From Candidatus Poribacteria bacterium (GTDB taxonomy: Bacteria; Poribacteria; WGA-4E; WGA-3G), in NCBI GenBank assembly GCA_965242965.1, contig OZ251518.1, forward strand, positions 832,001 to 896,000: a DNA stretch of 64,000 nt, given 5' to 3'. Under the pieces are notes generated by a model. It searched no databases, had not been told where the DNA came from, and was given only the letters and a program-made list of their open reading frames with translations. Each line of letters begins with the position of its first letter. Within the stretch, counting starts at the first letter, position 1. The position numbers and the translations under genes are program-made. Positions 8,453 to 19,200 of the stretch are shown here, in pieces.

Positions 8453-10276
8453 CTAAAGATGCTTTCGGATATTCTCAGCGACGCGACGCGGAATGCCCTT
8501 TACAGACAAAAGTTCATCTAAACTTGCCTCCCGAATAACGTCAACCGAACCGAAGTGCTGAAGCAACGCCTGCTTGCGTTTCGGGCCGATGTCTGGAATT
8601 TCATCTAGCACCGACTCGCTCAGTGCCTTCTGGCGGAGTTTACGATGATACGTCACGGCGAACCGATGCGCTTCGTCTCGTAAACGTTGGATGAGATGCA
8701 GTGTCGGGTTATCCTTCCGCAGCACTATAGGTTCCGGTTTCCCCGGCACGAAAATCTCCTCAACCCGTTTTGCGAGTGCAATTATCGGAATCTTTTGCGG
8801 CAGTTTCGCTTCATGCACGCGCATGGCGGCTTGCGCTGCACTCAACTGTCCCTTGCCACCGTCGATTAAAACCAGGTCTGGCAGTTTGCTAAACTTTTCG
8901 TCTTGTGCAATGGCGCGGCGGAGTCTCCGAGTCAGCACTTCGTTCATCATGGCGAAGTCGTTCTGTCCTGCAACGGTGCGAATCTTAAACCGCCGATATT
9001 CTCCCGAAGCCGGTTCGCCATCTTCCATGACAACCATTGAACCGACAGCAAACCTGTCGCCGAGGTTGGAGATGTCAAACGCCTCAATGCGCCGCAACGG
9101 CTGTGGCAAGTTGAGTAGTTCTTGGAGTTCGGCGAGTGCAGGATGTGTGCCGCGCCTATACACTACGTTCTGTCCGTGTTGCGTGACGATAATGTCGGCG
9201 TTTTTCGTCGCCATCGCTACTAAGCGATGCAGCCTCCCGGCTCTCGGCACATGCAGCGTCACCCGGTTGCCGCGTTTTTCCGTCAGCCACCGCTCAATGA
9301 GCTCCACCGATTCGACCGGCGTTGGCAGCGCAATTGTCTTTGGCACGAAGACCGCGTTCTGATAATACTGCGTCATGAAGGCGGCGAGTGCATCAGCAGG
9401 CGAATCAGGGTTCGCATCGTTGAGATAGTAGTGTTCGCGCTCAAGCAGTTTCCCATCCCGCACGCGTAATATCTGCACACAGGCGACATCGTTTTTCGCC
9501 GCAATGCCAAGCACGTCTTCATCTGTTGCCGAGACGTTGTCCAGACTCTGCGTCGTAATCGCTTGTTGCACGTCGTTGAGCGTGTCCCGATACTTCGCCG
9601 CCGCTTCAAAATCGAGTGCTTCTGCGGCGGCTTGCATCTGCTTTGACAACTGGTTCACGACAGCATCCGTGTTACCGCCGAGGAAGTGGCATACCTTCTG
9701 CACTATCGCGTCGTAATCCTGCGCGCTGATCTTGTCTGCACAAGGAGCCGGGCACCGGCCGATGTGGTAATCAAGGCAGACTCGGTGGCGGTTGCCTATC
9801 TCCGCAAGTGGTAGGTTGCAGGTGCGGATCGGAAAAACCTTGGTCAGCTGTTTCATCGTTTGGCGCGTGGAACGGACATGAACGAACGGACCGAAATACC
9901 GCGTGCCGTCATTTTCGGCATTGCGCGTAATCTGGATGCGTGGAAACGGTTCGTTTACAGTTACCTGCAGATACGGGTAACGTTTGTCATCTTTCAGTTT
10001 CACGTTATAGCGCGGCTGATGCGCTTTGATCAGGTTGTTTTCAAGGATGAGTGCCTCAACTTCTGTCTCTGTCACGATGTAATCAATGTCGGCGACATAT
10101 CGCATGAGTTGCACAATCGTCGGAGTTGGTGTGCCTCGGCGTTGGAAATAGGAGCGGGCCCGATGCCGCAAACGCAGTGCCTTGCCGACATAAATCACCG
10201 CGCCATCGGAGGCTTTCATCAGGTAAACCCCCGGCGCGTCGGGTAGAGATTGCCACAGTTTCTGTTGCGTGCTCAT
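8453..10276 (-). CDS. uvrC: Excinuclease ABC subunit C
   Basis: GIY-YIG (PGVYLM...IYVGKA), RIEAFDISN, LIDGGKGQL, RDEAHRFA, C-terminal HhH. Confidence 0.97.
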   Translation of the reverse strand: MSTQQKLWQSLPDAPGVYLMKASDGAVIYVGKALRLRHRARSYFQRRGTPTPTIVQLMRYVADIDYIVTETEVEALILENNLIKAHQPRYNVKLKDDKRYPYLQVTVNEPFPRIQITRNAENDGTRYFGPFVHVRSTRQTMKQLTKVFPIRTCNLPLAEIGNRHRVCLDYHIGRCPAPCADKISAQDYDAIVQKVCHFLGGNTDAVVNQLSKQMQAAAEALDFEAAAKYRDTLNDVQQAITTQSLDNVSATDEDVLGIAAKNDVACVQILRVRDGKLLEREHYYLNDANPDSPADALAAFMTQYYQNAVFVPKTIALPTPVESVELIERWLTEKRGNRVTLHVPRAGRLHRLVAMATKNADIIVTQHGQNVVYRRGTHPALAELQELLNLPQPLRRIEAFDISNLGDRFAVGSMVVMEDGEPASGEYRRFKIRTVAGQNDFAMMNEVLTRRLRRAIAQDEKFSKLPDLVLIDGGKGQLSAAQAAMRVHEAKLPQKIPIIALAKRVEEIFVPGKPEPIVLRKDNPTLHLIQRLRDEAHRFAVTYHRKLRQKALSESVLDEIPDIGPKRKQALLQHFGSVDVIREASLDELLSVKGIPRRVAENIRKHL

Positions 10277-10280
10277 TTGC

Positions 10281-11003
10281 TCACCTCTTCTCGTAAACCA
10301 CCCGATAAATCTGCCTGCCTTCCGCGCGATACTTCAGTTCAAAACTGGTAGGAATGTGGTGTTGTTCATGAGGCGGTTCCAGCGTCACGCGGTGCAACGG
10401 CGTATGTTGGGAAATCCGTTCTTGGAGTTCGGCGAAGTATTCGGCGTAATCGGTTACGATGTGGAGTCGTCCGCCAGCGGTTAAAGTTCTCGCGAGCGAG
10501 GCCAAGAAGTCCTGATTCCGAAAAATCCGTCGTTTGCGCTGCCGCTTTTTCGGCCACGGGTCTGGAAAATAGATGTGATACGCCTGCACCGATTCGGTTA
10601 ACACATACCGCGTCAAAAAGTAGGTAGCATCTGTCCAGACGAGACGGACATTTGTAAACGCGCCCGTGACTTTCGCCTCAGCAGGTGCTTCTGCCGAGTG
10701 CATCCTATTGTGCCTTATATGTTTCTGGAATCGTTCCCGCGTCAATTCAACATATTTATGCGCGCGTTCAATGCCGACGTAGTTCATTTCCGGGTGCCGT
10801 TTCGATGCCTCCAAGAGGAACCGCCCTTTGCCGCAGCCAATCTCAATTTCAATCGGCTGCGCGTTCCCAAAGAGTGCATGCCAATCAATTGGAGTTTGCA
10901 CCTCGCTGAGTGCTGTCGCTGTCTCACCGACGATGTCAATGAGTTGTGAGTGAACCGTCGTGGATTGATAGTAAATGTCGTTATAGCGCGGTTCTTCGTT
11001 CAT
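10281..11003 (-). CDS. trmB: tRNA (guanine-N7)-methyltransferase
   Basis: EIGCGKGRF, YFPDPWPKKRQRKRR, VTDYAEY, TSFELKY. Confidence 0.93.
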   Translation of the reverse strand: MNEEPRYNDIYYQSTTVHSQLIDIVGETATALSEVQTPIDWHALFGNAQPIEIEIGCGKGRFLLEASKRHPEMNYVGIERAHKYVELTRERFQKHIRHNRMHSAEAPAEAKVTGAFTNVRLVWTDATYFLTRYVLTESVQAYHIYFPDPWPKKRQRKRRIFRNQDFLASLARTLTAGGRLHIVTDYAEYFAELQERISQHTPLHRVTLEPPHEQHHIPTSFELKYRAEGRQIYRVVYEKR

Positions 11004-11761
11004 GAGTTGCCGTTCAAAAACTTGTGCAGATGCGTTTTCACCAAGTTGTCCTGTGGTTGATAGCCTAACACCTCAACCGCGCCGCTGATATCGAGAAAAC
11101 TTTGCTGATACCCATCCGAATTTGCGGAGCGGCCGTAGGTAATCAGATACTTCACTGGGCCATCGTAATCCACGGCGCGCCCAAAGAGTTGCACGCAATC
11201 ACGCGGGGTGAGGAGCGTGCTGCAGTGACGGATGCCGTTCGGTTCCGAAGTGCCGCTGAAAGTGCCGATGCGGATGCTGATGAACCGCATCCCGTGCGCA
11301 TCGACGAGATAGCGGCCGGCGATTTCCGCCATCCCCTTCATCGCGCCGTACCAGCTATCGGGACGAAACTGAGCACCGGTGGAGAACCTGGGCGGCGAGC
11401 TCAACCTTTCATTCCAGCCAGAGACGTGGTTCGTGCTGGCGTAGACGATTTTCTGCACGCCGCCTTCGCGCGCCGCTTCAAACAACGTCATCGATGCACC
11501 GATGTCGCTGACTTCCCCCGGCACTTTTCCAAGCGAATCTTGGCGCACATAGGCGAGATGCACGAGGACATCTTGTCCTTCGCACAATTCTTTCATGGCG
11601 GCGTAGTCGCGAATGTCCGCCTGTTCCACGCGAGACATTGCATCTTTAATCGGGTTGATATCCGTCAAAGTGAGCGCGTAGGTATCTTGTTTCTCCCATG
11701 CCTGCCAGAGCGCGGTGCCAACTTTACCTGCTGCCCCGGTGATGAGGACGCGTTGCTTCAT
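11000..11761 (-). CDS. NAD-dependent epimerase/dehydrogenase (uronate dehydrogenase-like SDR)
   Basis: ITGAAGKVG, YASTNHV, RPDSWYGAMK (YxxxK). Confidence 0.8.
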   Translation of the reverse strand: MKQRVLITGAAGKVGTALWQAWEKQDTYALTLTDINPIKDAMSRVEQADIRDYAAMKELCEGQDVLVHLAYVRQDSLGKVPGEVSDIGASMTLFEAAREGGVQKIVYASTNHVSGWNERLSSPPRFSTGAQFRPDSWYGAMKGMAEIAGRYLVDAHGMRFISIRIGTFSGTSEPNGIRHCSTLLTPRDCVQLFGRAVDYDGPVKYLITYGRSANSDGYQQSFLDISGAVEVLGYQPQDNLVKTHLHKFLNGNS

Positions 11762-11771
11762 ATTTTTCCCT

Positions 11772-12353
11772 CTATTCAAAAAGTTCCTCCACTTGACAAG
11801 CGAAACCTTCAACGACATCTTCGCCGGCGAGGGTGTCGCCGCACTTAAGCGTCCGGATGTCCGTGCGGGAACGGTAAACCGTCACCGTTTTCGTCACGGG
11901 TTCAATTACCCAGACGAGACGCGTTCCGGCATTGAGATAATCAAGTGCCTTTTCCGCAACGCTATAGAGGGTATCGGACGGTGAAACTACCTCGACTGCC
12001 AAATCGGGGGGTTGAGGTGAGCTCTGCCGTCTGTCTTCCGGCAAGTTTGCGGCTGCGACAAAGGCTGCATCAGGCTTCACGGCGCGCTCGCCGAGGCGGA
12101 ACGTAGTTTCGGCTGTGTAGACACGCCCCAGCCGGTGCTCGCGAACATGCGACTGCAAATACCAGACAACGTTGGTGCTGATTTCGCCGTGCTCCATTGT
12201 CGGTGGTGCCATCGGCACTAATTCTCCTTTGACGTATTCGTATCCCTCCACATCGCTGGCAAGGAACGCCTCCAACGTCATCGGGAAACTTTCAACAGCC
12301 GTGGCAGGGGGAGGACTTCCTGAAAGGAGTTGAGAAGTTTCTAGTGCCTTCAT
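11772..12353 (-). CDS. Uma2 family endonuclease
   Basis: YEYVKGELV, KPDAAFV, PDLAVEVVSPS, GTRLVWVIEP. Confidence 0.9.
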   Translation of the reverse strand: MKALETSQLLSGSPPPATAVESFPMTLEAFLASDVEGYEYVKGELVPMAPPTMEHGEISTNVVWYLQSHVREHRLGRVYTAETTFRLGERAVKPDAAFVAAANLPEDRRQSSPQPPDLAVEVVSPSDTLYSVAEKALDYLNAGTRLVWVIEPVTKTVTVYRSRTDIRTLKCGDTLAGEDVVEGFACQVEELFE

Positions 12354-12357
12354 CTGC

Positions 12358-15102
12358 TTATCCCTCCTCCAATTCGGCGAGGATTTGTTCGTGCAGGGCG
12401 CGTGTATCCACAACCGGTGGAACATAGAACCTATCTACGGCTTGCCCGCCGAGGACGGAGCACTTGCACATATCAACGTTCAATCCCAACTTTGCGAGGA
12501 TGCCGCTAAAATAGTGGAGGAATCCCAACTTTTCCTCAGCTTTGACGACAATTTCGGTGTAGCTGCGCGCCATTTCTACGCGGACATCGTCAACCCGCCA
12601 CGTGCCAGTCGGATTCACGTAGTGTCGCTCGAAAATCTGCTCCAGCGTCACTTCCTGTTCTAAAAGGCTGCGGATGTCAAAATCGAGGTTGCGTTTCAGT
12701 TCTTCGTCAAGCGGCATCGGCTCCCCGCGCAGATGCGGCGGCTGATGCACCAGTCGATAGATTTCCAATTCTACCGACGTGTCTTGTTTCGGGTAGACGC
12801 GCGCGTCGCGCACGTCAATGTTATTCGCGAAGAACAGCCCGCTCACCGTGTGTAACCTGCCGATGCGGCTTTTCCCGCACAGATGCAACTCTGTGAATCC
12901 CGGCTTATCGACAAATTGGATGATAGCCGTGCTTGCTTCCGGGCTTGCCTCCGCGCTCGCTTCCGGGCTTGCTTCTGCCTGGGCCACCATTTTCATGTGC
13001 ATCGCAATCTCTTCCGGGGCGAGACTGATGCGATAGGAGACAGGCATCTGCTGCAAGAACTGCTGGAACTCTTCCGGCGGCGCGTAACTACCCCACTGCG
13101 CCTCCTCTTGCCCGACATAACGGCTGCGGACCACTTCATACAACCGCTTCAGGTTATGCTTGACGAGATTGTTGAAGTTCTGCGGCCCGTTCGCTTTGGA
13201 ATCGCAGTAGGTGAGCAGATAGAGCGCGGACAGACGTTCTAGCGTGTTTACCTTCTGGCAAAACTCGGAGATGGTGCCTTCCTCCCACTGATGATAGCGA
13301 GCGAGGGAAATCATCGCCAGATGCTCGCGAATCAGGAAGCAGATCTCCTCTGTCTGCTGCGCGTTGAACCCGAATTCGGGTGCGATGCGTTTCGCCTTTT
13401 CCGCGCCTGTCTCCGGATGCCGCGGATCGGGTTTATCGATATCGTGCAAAAAGATTGCCATGTAAAGCGGGCCCGGGTCTGCGAGGGACTTGAAAACGGT
13501 GTTCAGTTCCTCAAGCTCACTATTCGCAGACGGTGACGCTGACGCTGGCGATGGGGTTGGCGGCATCTGACGCGCGCCACCGAACGGGCTGCTCGTCTCC
13601 GTTTGGCGGATCTCATCGAGATACCCTATCGCAACAAGCGTGTGCTTGCCGACAGTGTAAGGGTCTTGGCTCCGTTCACTGCGTGTGAGCATCGCCTGCT
13701 CAAACCGTTTTCCGCCTTCGCCGAGCCGCGCCAGAATGCCGAGCCGGTGCAGCCGCGTCAGACTCTTTTCTACATTGCCCGGTAGGTTCATCAACTCTGC
13801 CATTCGGTTGCTGAAACGTTCCAGGTCAAACGCCGAAATATAGGAGAAGATGAAACTGGACAGCGAAGCGTCTATCTCGAAATCATACTGCTGGAAGTAG
13901 GAGAACAACTCAAACAGTTCGTCGATATCCAATTCGCCGAAGTTGTTATCGATGCAGTAAAGCAGATCTCGCCGCACGCCAAGGACTTCTGAGAACGGTA
14001 TGCCGTTTGCGAGGAGCCGTCGGATCAGCAGTTCCGATTTGAAGTGCAGATACTTCGCCTTCGCGTAGTAGTCTGCCATGAACGCGTAACGGCATTCTTC
14101 GGGGGGTTCGTCAGTTTCAGAGACAGATTCGCCTGCGTATCCCAATGCGGCGGCGACGCGCGTCTGCATTCTGTCGCCGGTTTCGGGTTCGTAAGACAGG
14201 AGATCATGCTCATCATTGGCGAAAACGTGGAGGAGGTTCCGCACTTTCAGGACGAAATCGAGCGCAGGCTCCAGTTCGTCATCGTGAAAGCGTTTATAGA
14301 GGTCGATGCTCGGTGTGAACCCGGCGAGTCCGTACATCCAAAACGCGTACTGAAGCGTGCGCAACCCGCCGCGTCCTGTCTTGATGTTCGGCTGGTTCAT
14401 GTAAATCGTGTCCTCGGCTGCCACGGACGCGCTATCCCGCGATTTCAACAGATCCAGGACAAGCGAAATATCGCATTTTTCGTCCTGCACTGTTTTCTTG
14501 AACCGGTCGGTGAGGACAGCATCCCCTGCGATGAACCGCATGTCGATGAGTGCCGTCATGTCCTGATAGTTCCACTGCTGGATTTCGCCCAGGGGCCGGT
14601 AGATGAAACTGAATTCAAAACCGGGTATGACGGCGTGGAGGCTATCAAAGAAATCGTAGAACCATCGGATGAGTTCTAGCGTTCGTTCGTCGTAGACTTC
14701 CTCGAGATCTACGGCGGAAGTGTAGATAACGTCCAGATCGGAATAGTAGCAGAGTTCCTGCCGTCCGTAGCTGCCGACGGCATACAGGGCGATATCGGGT
14801 GTCCAGGGCCCTGTCAGATCCGACAGCAGTTCGGCTATCTCGCTATCGCCAAGTTTGGCGAGCTCTTCGATCTGGTTGGCGAACTCGGTCTGGATTTGGT
14901 AATGCGCGACGTTGTAAACTTTCTGGAGGACCGCGTCCCACATTTGCGTATGCTGGTTGCACGCGGCGAGCCCGCTTTCACCTTTGAGGATGCAGGTTTT
15001 GAGCTGCTCCCGTTCGGTTTGAATGAAAGCGGTAAGTTGCTTTTGCAACTCGTCAAAAGGGACGTTCAAATCGGGAACGTATGAATTAATTCGATTTTCC
15101 AT
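12358..15102 (-). CDS. glnD: PII uridylyltransferase / uridylyl-removing enzyme
   Basis: AVGSYGRQELCYYSDLD, NIKTGRGGLR, HD domain (YTVGKHT, LHDIDK), C-terminal ACT domains. Confidence 0.9.
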   Translation of the reverse strand: MENRINSYVPDLNVPFDELQKQLTAFIQTEREQLKTCILKGESGLAACNQHTQMWDAVLQKVYNVAHYQIQTEFANQIEELAKLGDSEIAELLSDLTGPWTPDIALYAVGSYGRQELCYYSDLDVIYTSAVDLEEVYDERTLELIRWFYDFFDSLHAVIPGFEFSFIYRPLGEIQQWNYQDMTALIDMRFIAGDAVLTDRFKKTVQDEKCDISLVLDLLKSRDSASVAAEDTIYMNQPNIKTGRGGLRTLQYAFWMYGLAGFTPSIDLYKRFHDDELEPALDFVLKVRNLLHVFANDEHDLLSYEPETGDRMQTRVAAALGYAGESVSETDEPPEECRYAFMADYYAKAKYLHFKSELLIRRLLANGIPFSEVLGVRRDLLYCIDNNFGELDIDELFELFSYFQQYDFEIDASLSSFIFSYISAFDLERFSNRMAELMNLPGNVEKSLTRLHRLGILARLGEGGKRFEQAMLTRSERSQDPYTVGKHTLVAIGYLDEIRQTETSSPFGGARQMPPTPSPASASPSANSELEELNTVFKSLADPGPLYMAIFLHDIDKPDPRHPETGAEKAKRIAPEFGFNAQQTEEICFLIREHLAMISLARYHQWEEGTISEFCQKVNTLERLSALYLLTYCDSKANGPQNFNNLVKHNLKRLYEVVRSRYVGQEEAQWGSYAPPEEFQQFLQQMPVSYRISLAPEEIAMHMKMVAQAEASPEASAEASPEASTAIIQFVDKPGFTELHLCGKSRIGRLHTVSGLFFANNIDVRDARVYPKQDTSVELEIYRLVHQPPHLRGEPMPLDEELKRNLDFDIRSLLEQEVTLEQIFERHYVNPTGTWRVDDVRVEMARSYTEIVVKAEEKLGFLHYFSGILAKLGLNVDMCKCSVLGGQAVDRFYVPPVVDTRALHEQILAELEEG

Positions 15103-15169
15103 TTTCTCCTACTCGGCGTTAATGTCTCGGAACGGATTTGGTGTTTCGTGCTTGCGATTCACGTGATAT

Positions 15170-15198
15170 ATTATACCGCAAATGCATAAAAAAATCAA
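15170..15198 (-). promoter_or_regulatory. sigma70 promoter for the glnD-uma2-SDR-trmB-uvrC cluster
   Basis: Minus strand TTGATT-17-TATAAT. Confidence 0.6.
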
Positions 15199-15314
15199 GT
15201 TTTTTATTTATGAGAGCCGCGGCATTTCGTTTTTTGCTTTCGCTACACGTGATCTCAAGCAATAGAGGTTCATTTGGTATTATACAATTTCGCGTTAGAA
15301 TGTGCAAGAAAAAA

Positions 15315-16270
15315 AGCGCGGGGGATAGGTTTCCCCCGCGCGATGGATTCAGCACGGCTTATTTTTTCGTAGGGCGAGGGCCTGTCCCTCGCCATGCAGC
15401 GATCGCGAGGGAAACCCGCTCGGAGCCTGAAACGATCGCGGGGGACAGGCCCCCGCGCTACGGTAGCCGGAAACGGCCCGTTTTATCGTAGGGCGAGGGC
15501 CTGTCCCTCGCCATGCACCGATCGCGGAGGAAATCCGCTTGGAGCCTGAAACGATCGCGGGGGAAACCCGCTCGGATGCGCGTGTGGCATCCGAGGGCCC
15601 CCGCGCTACGGTATCCTGAGCGTCCCGTTTTATCGTAGGGCGAGGGACAGGCCCTCGCCATGCAACGATCGCGAGGGAAACCCGCTGCGGAGCCTGAAAC
15701 GATCGCGGGGGACAGGCCCCCGCGCTACGGTATCCGGAACGGCCCGTTCTACCGTAGGGCGAGGGCCTGTCCCTCGCCATGCTGCGGTCTACCAGACGAT
15801 AGCGGGGGACAGGCCCCCGCACTACAGGCGAAAAAAAAGCGCGAAGGACAGGCCTCCGCCCTACGCGGAAAATAACGTCTCTCGTTCTCTTAAGGTCTGT
15901 AAGACCTTAATGTCTATAGCAGCCCAAACGCAAAAGGCCTTAAGGTCCTTTAGGTCCTTAATAGAGTTTGCCAGGGCCGCGCGTGTTTTTATTAAGGACC
16001 TAAAGGACCTTGAAAAGGGAACGACACGTTTTTCTATAGACATTAAGGACCTAAAGGACCTAAAGACATCACTTGACAATGGACGATCGCGGGGGATAGG
16101 CCCACGCGCTACGGTAAGACGGGCCTACTCCTGTAGGTCAAGAGCACCTGCTCTTGACCCGATTGCGATCAGGCGATCGCAAACTACAGAGGAGGAACGC
16201 GAGGGACAGGCCCTCGCCCTACGGACCAGGAAGAAAAAATGCGCGGGGGCCTGTCCCCCGCGCTACGGTG
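15315..16270. repeat. Large mosaic REP-like cluster (families A, nested A, B and D)
   Basis: Repeated inverted pairs gtagggcgagggcctgtccctcgcc ... cgcgggggacaggcccccgcgctac; family D element at 15891-16063. Confidence 0.92.
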
Positions 16271-16280
16271 ATCGGAACGG

Positions 16281-19200
16281 CTATTTTCGCCGTTTCAACG
16301 CACCGAACGTCGTCAGCATCCGATTTGCCGCAGAAACAGGACCCGGCAACAACCGCGTCACTAACGTCTCCGGCTTACCATCAAACGCAACTTCCTCAAT
16401 CTGGTAGTAATACTCAATCCCCGGCTTCGCAGACGTATCCGTAAACGTATACGTTTGACGCTCACCTGTCGTGCCGGCACCGGCGATGAGCGCAGGATTC
16501 AAGAGCGTGAAACCGCTCGCGCGCTTTTCACTGCGACGCAGGTTGAAGCCCGCGTTGTCGACTTCAGATTCGGTTGTCCATGTCAAGACGACAGCACCTG
16601 CCTCGGTGCGCGTCAGCGAGAAACTCGATAACTCCACCGGCAATGCACCGCCTTCACGATGCCCCGGCGTGCCGATGTCTTCGGCATCACCCCAGTAGAG
16701 CGCATCGCTGCTAGAGACAACTTTCTTGACACGCGCCGCCAAAACCCAACTCGCACGCTTTTGTCCCGGCAGCGCAACACCTTTATCATAACGCCGAATG
16801 ACAGAACTCCGCGAACCTTCCTCAAAACTCAACGGTAATGCCCATGCAGGCGCATCGTCCGAACGCCTGTCGCTGTCCCTATTCCCGACTTCGTCAACAA
16901 GATTCCCGTTCCTATCGGAGAGTTGCAGGTAGAATCCCTCGGTACTTAGGAACGTATCCCGCGCCCGCTTGATGCGCAGATTCTTCTCATGCAGTGCGAG
17001 CAGGTCATAAACCCTGTCCGCCGGCAGATACGAATCCGACGAGGCACGCGCCGGACCTGCGACGATGAGCAACGTTTGATTCGGCTGAATCACTTTCTCG
17101 CTGAGCGTCAACGTGACAATCGGGCGGCCGACTAAATCCTCGGAATCCACATTCTGAATCTCCAACCTCCAGCGGTTGAGATTAATGGCATCCGTTTTGG
17201 AATTGTTGTAGAGTTCGATCCACTGCGGCAGTGTGCGCCCGCCGGAATCCACCATGATTTCGCTGAAGGTGACGCTGCCTTTCGGCGTGGCGGCTTCCGT
17301 TTTCACTGCACCATTCGGATAGCCCGGTGTGCCGGCAGTGGCAGCCGACTCCGAGACCTTCCTATCATAACCGATACCGGTGAATGCCGATTCTGCCCAG
17401 GCATCCCTGTGGTATCCCACAATGTCCGCCTTGGCGCGCTGCCAGACTTTGCCTGAGCCGAGTGCATCTTCGGTGTCACCACCGGGTGCCTGCAGCACTT
17501 GCAAGGGCCAGACATGCGTATCATAATCGCCTGTCTGTTCACGGACAAACGCATCCGTGTCACTGCCGCCACCACCAGCGACATCCACGAACGCCTCGTT
17601 CAAGCCGCGTTTATCCTTCGCGTTCCGGAGAATTAACAGGAATTTTCCATCATCTGGCAGGGACAACTCCGATTTGACAAAATATAGGTGCGAAGAACCT
17701 TTTGTCTCGACCTCGGCAGTCGCCACGTTATCACCGCCTGCAAGCGCGTTGCCTTCCGCTGTCGGATCGCTGTTGGTAATCAACAACAGCCCATTCGCCG
17801 GCACACTCACATCTTCTACGAAAGCAATCAGGGAAGTATCTTCCTTCTTGCCATCCTGCACGACGCTGAGCTCCCAGTCTTTCAAGGAAACAGCCGCGCC
17901 GGTGACATTGCGAAGTTCCAGCCAATCATCAGCATCGCCGCTACCGTTGCCGAGTTCGTTGAAGACAACGGGACTGCGCGGCACATCAGAGGTCGGCGAC
18001 TTCGGATCTGACGTTTCCGGAAGGTAAATCACCGGCACCACCGGTGTCTCCGAAACTACCGGGGCAATCTCACGGCCAGACGTATCTTCCAAAGGCAATG
18101 GATCTGCCACCGGCACCGTTGTTGGCGCAGCACCAGACTCCGCCGCAGCCTCCTCTGTCCCAACCTGCCGCTCAGACGGTGCAGTCAGTGGCCCAGAAAG
18201 CAACATCGTCTTGTCCGGCACGAGTATCTTGACAGAGGGGACACGCACTGCCTCCGCCACCGTGTCCGTTGGTGCCACCGTATACGCGAACGTCACTTTC
18301 GTCGAATTCGTGTCTTCTGAGGCACTCCAGACAGCATGCCGAGCATTTGCCTGCACCTCTTCACCCAGATACACCGTCACATACGGCGGGTTCTCCCCTT
18401 CATAGCGGAGATTCTCCCTGTCATATGTCACTTCAACTTCAATCTTATCCCCAGCGGTATAGGCACCGGCGGGAGGCGCGACAATCTCCGGCTTTTCCAC
18501 CACGCGCAACGGATTATCCACTGACACCGTCAACGTATTCGATGCGAGATTTTTGTTGCGAGCGATGTCCATCGTGACCTCCGCAGGCACCTGGATAGCC
18601 ACATCTCCCTTAAAAGCAAGCGGCGGCGCGAGGGTGACACGGTAGACTTTGCTTTGCGGATGGCCCACTCCGAAACGCGGCACCCTCGTTATCGGCACAT
18701 AACTATACCCGATAAACTCTGGGGTTGATACCGTCCACCCCTCCAAGACATTCCCGGAGGCATCGGTGAAACGGAGAGCATCGGCATCAATGTCCGCCAC
18801 TTCATCGGCGATATCCACCGTCCGGTCCGGTGCACCATCCGAGTCTGGAGCAGACATGACATTGTAAAACTTGATGTCCACCGTGAAAGGCCCCGTCACG
18901 TCTGTCCCCTCATCAACTTTCGTCAGTGCCACCGACGGCCGGATGCCATCCACTTGGTGCTCAAGTCCCCCTTGCCAATTCTTCTTCGTATGCGAGGCAT
19001 AGTTACGAAAACTGTCTGCTCCCGGCTTACCCCTTGAATTCGTGTTAAGCTGCGTAAAGGGGTTACCGCTCAAGTCTTGGATTGCATAGGTAGTTTCGTG
19101 ATGCTGAATGTGATTTTCACCCGGAGCCGCCGGATGCTGAGTATGACCCGGCCCCCCGAACGGATCGTTCGGGTCTTCGCTGCGTGTGGCAAAGGGCCAA

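Noticed and set aside
12931-12980. EASP/EASA 12-bp repeat in glnD
   Set aside because: It is an ordinary low-complexity linker before the ACT domains and is unrelated to the REPs.
15119-16444. Short ORFs in REP clusters (VARGPVPR, RRARACPSP, IRRSQTTE peptides), here and at 21087-22626, 41768-42153, 47134-47606 and 59737-60517
   Set aside because: They are translations of palindromic repeats in several frames, with no RBS or domain.
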